The notes under the pieces were generated by a model. The model made no database searches, was not told where the DNA came from, and worked only from the letters and a program-made list of their open reading frames with translations. A DNA stretch of 64,000 nt, taken from assembly GCA_041750655.1 (NCBI GenBank), contig JBGSYZ010000011.1, positions 1,794 through 65,793 of the forward strand, given 5' to 3'. This document shows positions 60,640 through 64,000 of the stretch, one piece after another (positions within the stretch are counted from its first letter, which is position 1; each line of letters begins with the position of its first letter). Made by a program: the position numbers and the translations under genes. The DNA is from Minisyncoccia bacterium. GTDB lineage: Bacteria; Patescibacteriota; Minisyncoccia; Phycocordibacterales; UBA918.

Positions 60640-60726
60640 CGGAGAGAGGGGGATTCGAACCCCCGATACGGTTTCCCGTATACATCCTTTCCAAGGATGC
60701 GCATTCGACCACTCTGCCATCTCTCC
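60640..60726 (-). tRNA. tRNA-Ser(GGA)
   Basis: Minus strand GGAGAGATGGCAGAGTGGTCGAATGCG-CATCC-TTGGAAA-GGATG, long variable arm, GGGGGTTCGAATCCCCC-TCTCTCC-G; CCA not encoded. Confidence 0.96.
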
Positions 60727-60916
60727 ACTATATTCAATATTAGAACGTTCAGTTTTTATATGAGCGTTCGAATCAGCTCCCTCCTTTACTCTGTTCGGCA
60801 CAGCCTCACAACGAGTAATCTGCTCACTTCGTTCGCAGACCGGATGAAAAGTGAAGCTGTTCACTTTTCGTCCACCGCCTTTCAGTCGGATGAAACTTGC
60901 TCCCAGCAACTTTCAT

Positions 60917-60935
60917 CCACTCTGCCATCTCTCCA
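60917..60935 (-). repeat. Exact 19-bp copy of the tRNA-Ser 5' end
   Basis: ccactctgccatctctcca identical to 60709-60727. Confidence 0.9.
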
Positions 60936-61081
60936 TATTCATATGAGCAAGAACGTTTATTTTACAGCATGCGTTGGGCTTTGTTTCCACTTTTGGTCTG
61001 TTCACGTTCGTTCACAACGACCAATCCGCTGCTCTGGCGAGACAGCGGACCAGAGAAAATATAAAGCATTTTATATTTTCT

Positions 61082-61100
61082 CCACTCTGCCATCTCTCCA
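61082..61100 (-). repeat. Second exact 19-bp copy of the tRNA-Ser 5' end
   Basis: ccactctgccatctctcca identical to 60709-60727. Confidence 0.9.
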
Positions 61101-61117
61101 TGGTCAATATTTATATC

Positions 61118-61146
61118 ACAAAACCGACCTTAAAGGTCGGTTTTGT
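61118..61146 (-). terminator. Probable terminator after the DUF378 gene
   Basis: acaaaaccgacct-taa-aggtcggttttgt perfect stem. Confidence 0.75.
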
Positions 61147-61164
61147 CTCTGCAAAATGAGTTGA

Positions 61165-61368
61165 TTATTTGCAGGTAGCGCAGTGGTGTTTATGGGTCAC
61201 CAACTCAACAATAGTAGCCAAACCTACTAGAATATAGACTACGTCAGCCAACTTACCACCCAGAAGATTGTAAACTAAGTCATAGTTGAAGGCTCCGACC
61301 AAGAGCCAGTTAAGACCTCCGGCAGCCATTAATAGAAAAGCCACCATGTGCACAGTTTTATTATGCAT
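61165..61368 (-). CDS. DUF378 small membrane protein
   Basis: GGLNWLLVG...DLV..L.G...VYILVGLA; start placed at MHNK. Confidence 0.88.
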   Translation of the reverse strand: MHNKTVHMVAFLLMAAGGLNWLLVGAFNYDLVYNLLGGKLADVVYILVGLATIVELVTHKHHCATCK

Positions 61369-61483
61369 AGAAAATTGGATTAAATAAATAATTCCCGTCA
61401 CTTCTACAATTATTATACCCTTATTTTTAATAAGGTTATATGTGGTAGTCGAATAAATAACGAATTGTTAATTTTAAAAAAAT

Positions 61484-62389
61484 TTATTTATTAATATCTA
61501 AGTCGCGCAGAATACGAATTCTTTCAGCAGCTGGCGGGTGTGTTTGGAATAGGTTGGAAATTTTTTGCCGAAAATTTTGCTTATTGTTACCAAAGGGATC
61601 AGCAATGAACAAATGGGCTGTGGCGTTATTAGCCCGACGCATTGGCTGACTGTGAGTGGATATTTTTTCTAAGGCTGAAGCCAAACCTTCGGGATACCGT
61701 GTCAGCATGGCTCCGGACACATCGGCCAAGTATTCACGCTTTCGTGAGATGGCCATTTGAATCATCTGCGCCGCAATCGGTGCGAGAATGATACCCACGA
61801 TACCGAGCACCAAGAAAATAACCCCAGCTTTGTTGTCTCTATCTCCCCCACCCCACATCATAGAACGCATTAACATATCAGCGACAATGGCTACAAAACC
61901 TGCCAGCACCACTGCTACGGTCGACACCAACATATCGCGATTACCAACATGTGAAAGTTCGTGAGCCATAACGCCTTCGAGTTCGGCGCGGTTGAGAATA
62001 CTCAAAAGACCAGTAGTAGCGCACACGACGGCGTGTTCTGGATCTCGACCAGTTGCAAAGGCATTGGGCGCTGCATCATTGACCACATACACTTTTGGCA
62101 TCGGCAAACCAGCCGTAATAGAAAGATTTTCAACCACGTTGATGAGCTCGCGATGTTCAGTCATGCTGGCCGGTACAGCTCCTGTCATCTTAAGAACCAA
62201 TTTATCCGAGTACCAGTAACTATAAAAGTTCATGCCAATGGAAAAGATAACGGCAATATACAGTATTGCTGGGTTACCATAGAGCACACTTACAAAGTAA
62301 CCAATGGCAATAATGATGACAAAAAACCACATCATCAAAAACCACGTTTTTCGAATATTTTTTCCTTGCTGAGTATATAGTGTAGCCAT
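61484..62389 (-). CDS. htpX: HtpX-family M48 zinc metalloprotease
   Basis: PNAFATGRDP, HELSH, SRKREYLAD, LASALEKI, THPP..ERI. Confidence 0.93.
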   Translation of the reverse strand: MATLYTQQGKNIRKTWFLMMWFFVIIIAIGYFVSVLYGNPAILYIAVIFSIGMNFYSYWYSDKLVLKMTGAVPASMTEHRELINVVENLSITAGLPMPKVYVVNDAAPNAFATGRDPEHAVVCATTGLLSILNRAELEGVMAHELSHVGNRDMLVSTVAVVLAGFVAIVADMLMRSMMWGGGDRDNKAGVIFLVLGIVGIILAPIAAQMIQMAISRKREYLADVSGAMLTRYPEGLASALEKISTHSQPMRRANNATAHLFIADPFGNNKQNFRQKISNLFQTHPPAAERIRILRDLDINK

Positions 62390-62394
62390 AGTTG

Positions 62395-62724
62395 TTAGAT
62401 ATTAGTCTCTGTTTTTTCCAAATAAATTTGTTTTTCAAATCCGCCTCGCTTTTCAAACTTTTCTTGCCGCACATCTTCAACGGCTTGAGGAGTAATACTT
62501 TGCACTCGTAAAATTGCTAAAATTACTTCTTCCAAATCGGCCAACTCTTCGGTGAGTTCAGTGACACTAGTAGAAGCAGCACATTCATTAGCTTCCTCGA
62601 GTAACTTCTTTTTTAGTTCAATTAAAAACTCACCATCATTAAGAATACGAGTCACAGGAATTTCACCATTTTTGGTAATTTTTTCTGGAATTTTATCTCT
62701 CACCAGTTTTTTATACATTCCCAT
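62395..62724 (-). CDS. MazG/HisE-like NTP pyrophosphohydrolase (all-alpha)
   Basis: YKKLVRDKIPE, KLLEEANE, EELADL.EV, KRGGFEK. Confidence 0.85.
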   Translation of the reverse strand: MGMYKKLVRDKIPEKITKNGEIPVTRILNDGEFLIELKKKLLEEANECAASTSVTELTEELADLEEVILAILRVQSITPQAVEDVRQEKFEKRGGFEKQIYLEKTETNI

Positions 62725-62752
62725 AAGTACAGTATACGAAAATAGCCCTCAA

Positions 62753-64000
62753 CTACCAACTCCCGCCGCCGCCGCCGCCCGAGCCGCCGCCAACTGACCC
62801 GCCACCAGAAGAACCGGTACTACCTGAGGAACCGGAGGAGCTTACAAAAGCAGTGGAAAAAGCCCCGAGATTATTGGTCAAAGCTACGGCAGAAAATGTG
62901 CCGTTATTGCCACTATCATACCAAGACGGGGTTGGAATAGTGACGTCTTTAAACACTTCTGCCCACTGTTTCTCCACGCCGAGTGCTACCGCGTACGGTA
63001 AATACTCTAGGAATTTTTCCGGATTCTTTTCTGGAGAATCATGAAACTTAAAACGTTCTTCTCCAGTAACCGAAAGAAAATCTTTAAAACCTTTGAGGTG
63101 ACTGAGCACTTCATAACCTTTTCTAGTACGTCGGCGGTAGACAACCGCAAGCATGATTGCAAATAGAGCAAAAATTCCAACAGCTACTAACGCAATACCC
63201 TCATTGATCAATGTACTTAACACAAAAGTTACTAGTACCAAAATAGCAGCAAAAGGCAGAATAAATTTTAATTTGATAACTTGTTCATAAAAACCACGTT
63301 CCTCTACATCTTCAGCTATAGCTGTCTTTAGCTTCATGAGTATTTTTTGGTTACTTCGCTGTTTTGAAGTATCGACCTTTAGTGAACTCAATAACACTTT
63401 TTGACCTGGCTCAAATGAACTAAAGAGTAAACTAAGAATTTCATCATGAAAAGTAGTGGGAGTTTCTTCAATTGCTTTCAGTAATTCAATTTCATAATCG
63501 TCTGCTTCAAAAAAATACAAAACTTTCTTTTCAGTTTTTCGTATTTTTATGAAACCCTGTTCAGCTAGATACAGCAGGCCAGCGGTTATGTCTCTAGGAT
63601 CCAAACGACCATCCAATAACACTCCGGAGTACATCGGCAGGGCTTCTGGGTATGGTTCGTATTCAGCAATTACTGGTGCGCTTATTTTATGCTTGGTTTT
63701 TAAACGATATGACCACGTAACCATACTTACTAACAAAGCAAATAAGACTGGTGCCCACACAAAAACCATTTTAGTTGATTCAACAATATTTTCAGTCACC
63801 TTTGTTTTATCAATCGATTCAGCTATGGTAAGACCTTCACCAGGTGCCAGCTCTGAAGTACTGAAGAGAGCCAGACTAGAAGTAGCCGACTGCATATCAC
63901 ACGATAACGAACCGCCCTCACTGCCACGGTAACACGCTCGTTCATCAGTAGTTATGAGGTCAGGGTCATTGACTGTCGCTTTAGCAGCCAGTATTGGTAC
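62753..64000 (-). CDS. DUF2207 membrane protein (5' end outside the window)
   Basis: Frame stays open to base 64000; LAEQGFIKI, YLPYAVALGVEKQW, terminal GGGSGGGGGGSW. Confidence 0.9.
   Translation of the reverse strand, partial: VPILAAKATVNDPDLITTDERACYRGSEGGSLSCDMQSATSSLALFSTSELAPGEGLTIAESIDKTKVTENIVESTKMVFVWAPVLFALLVSMVTWSYRLKTKHKISAPVIAEYEPYPEALPMYSGVLLDGRLDPRDITAGLLYLAEQGFIKIRKTEKKVLYFFEADDYEIELLKAIEETPTTFHDEILSLLFSSFEPGQKVLLSSLKVDTSKQRSNQKILMKLKTAIAEDVEERGFYEQVIKLKFILPFAAILVLVTFVLSTLINEGIALVAVGIFALFAIMLAVVYRRRTRKGYEVLSHLKGFKDFLSVTGEERFKFHDSPEKNPEKFLEYLPYAVALGVEKQWAEVFKDVTIPTPSWYDSGNNGTFSAVALTNNLGAFSTAFVSSSGSSGSTGSSGGGSVGGGSGGGGGGSW

Noticed and set aside
60709-61100. CRISPR array
   Set aside because: The repeats are only 19 bp and equal the tRNA 5' end. 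The spacers are 146-189 bp and related to each other, and no cas genes are present.
60917-61100. Additional tRNA genes or intron-split tRNAs
   Set aside because: The copies stop at the D-loop, and I found no anticodon arm, T-arm or acceptor 3' strand within the units.
60462-61164. ORFs 60462..60737, 60532..60909, 60631..61164 and 60974..61159
   Set aside because: They overlap the tRNA and its hairpin repeats and have no protein motifs.
1-64000. Alternative genetic code (TGA=Gly, as in Gracilibacteria)
   Set aside because: Long genes are intact under code 11, and TGA ends genes at sensible positions (e.g. 38353, 45747, 47575).

Overview
Bacterial window, almost entirely minus-strand, read with the standard genetic code (TGA is used as a stop). 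Gene content and style suggest a CPR/Patescibacteria (Parcubacteria-like) genome; this is inference. Bases 1-36.9k are one co-oriented cell-surface locus. It contains a 6287-aa giant adhesin-like protein, two smaller secreted proteins with related WxL/fimbrial-like C-termini, two membrane-anchored DUF916/PapD-like proteins, a membrane-anchored cohesin protein, two dockerin proteins (one missing from the ORF track), three tandem FGE/C-type-lectin-fold proteins, an FN3 protein, a MacB-type ABC transporter and an Hsp20. The proteins share domains pairwise, which suggests a modular surface fibre or scaffold; this is the best candidate for an undescribed system. Next come umuC and umuD, separated by a glycan-synthesis island (including a GT4-GT4-membrane fusion) and a GH18 gene. 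After that are a class F sortase with its likely substrate, a pseudouridine synthase and small accessory genes. A tRNA-Ser(GGA) is flanked by tandem copies of its own 5' and 3' ends interleaved with hairpin-rich units. The window ends with htpX and a partial DUF2207 gene. All family assignments come from motif recognition by eye; no database searches were run.
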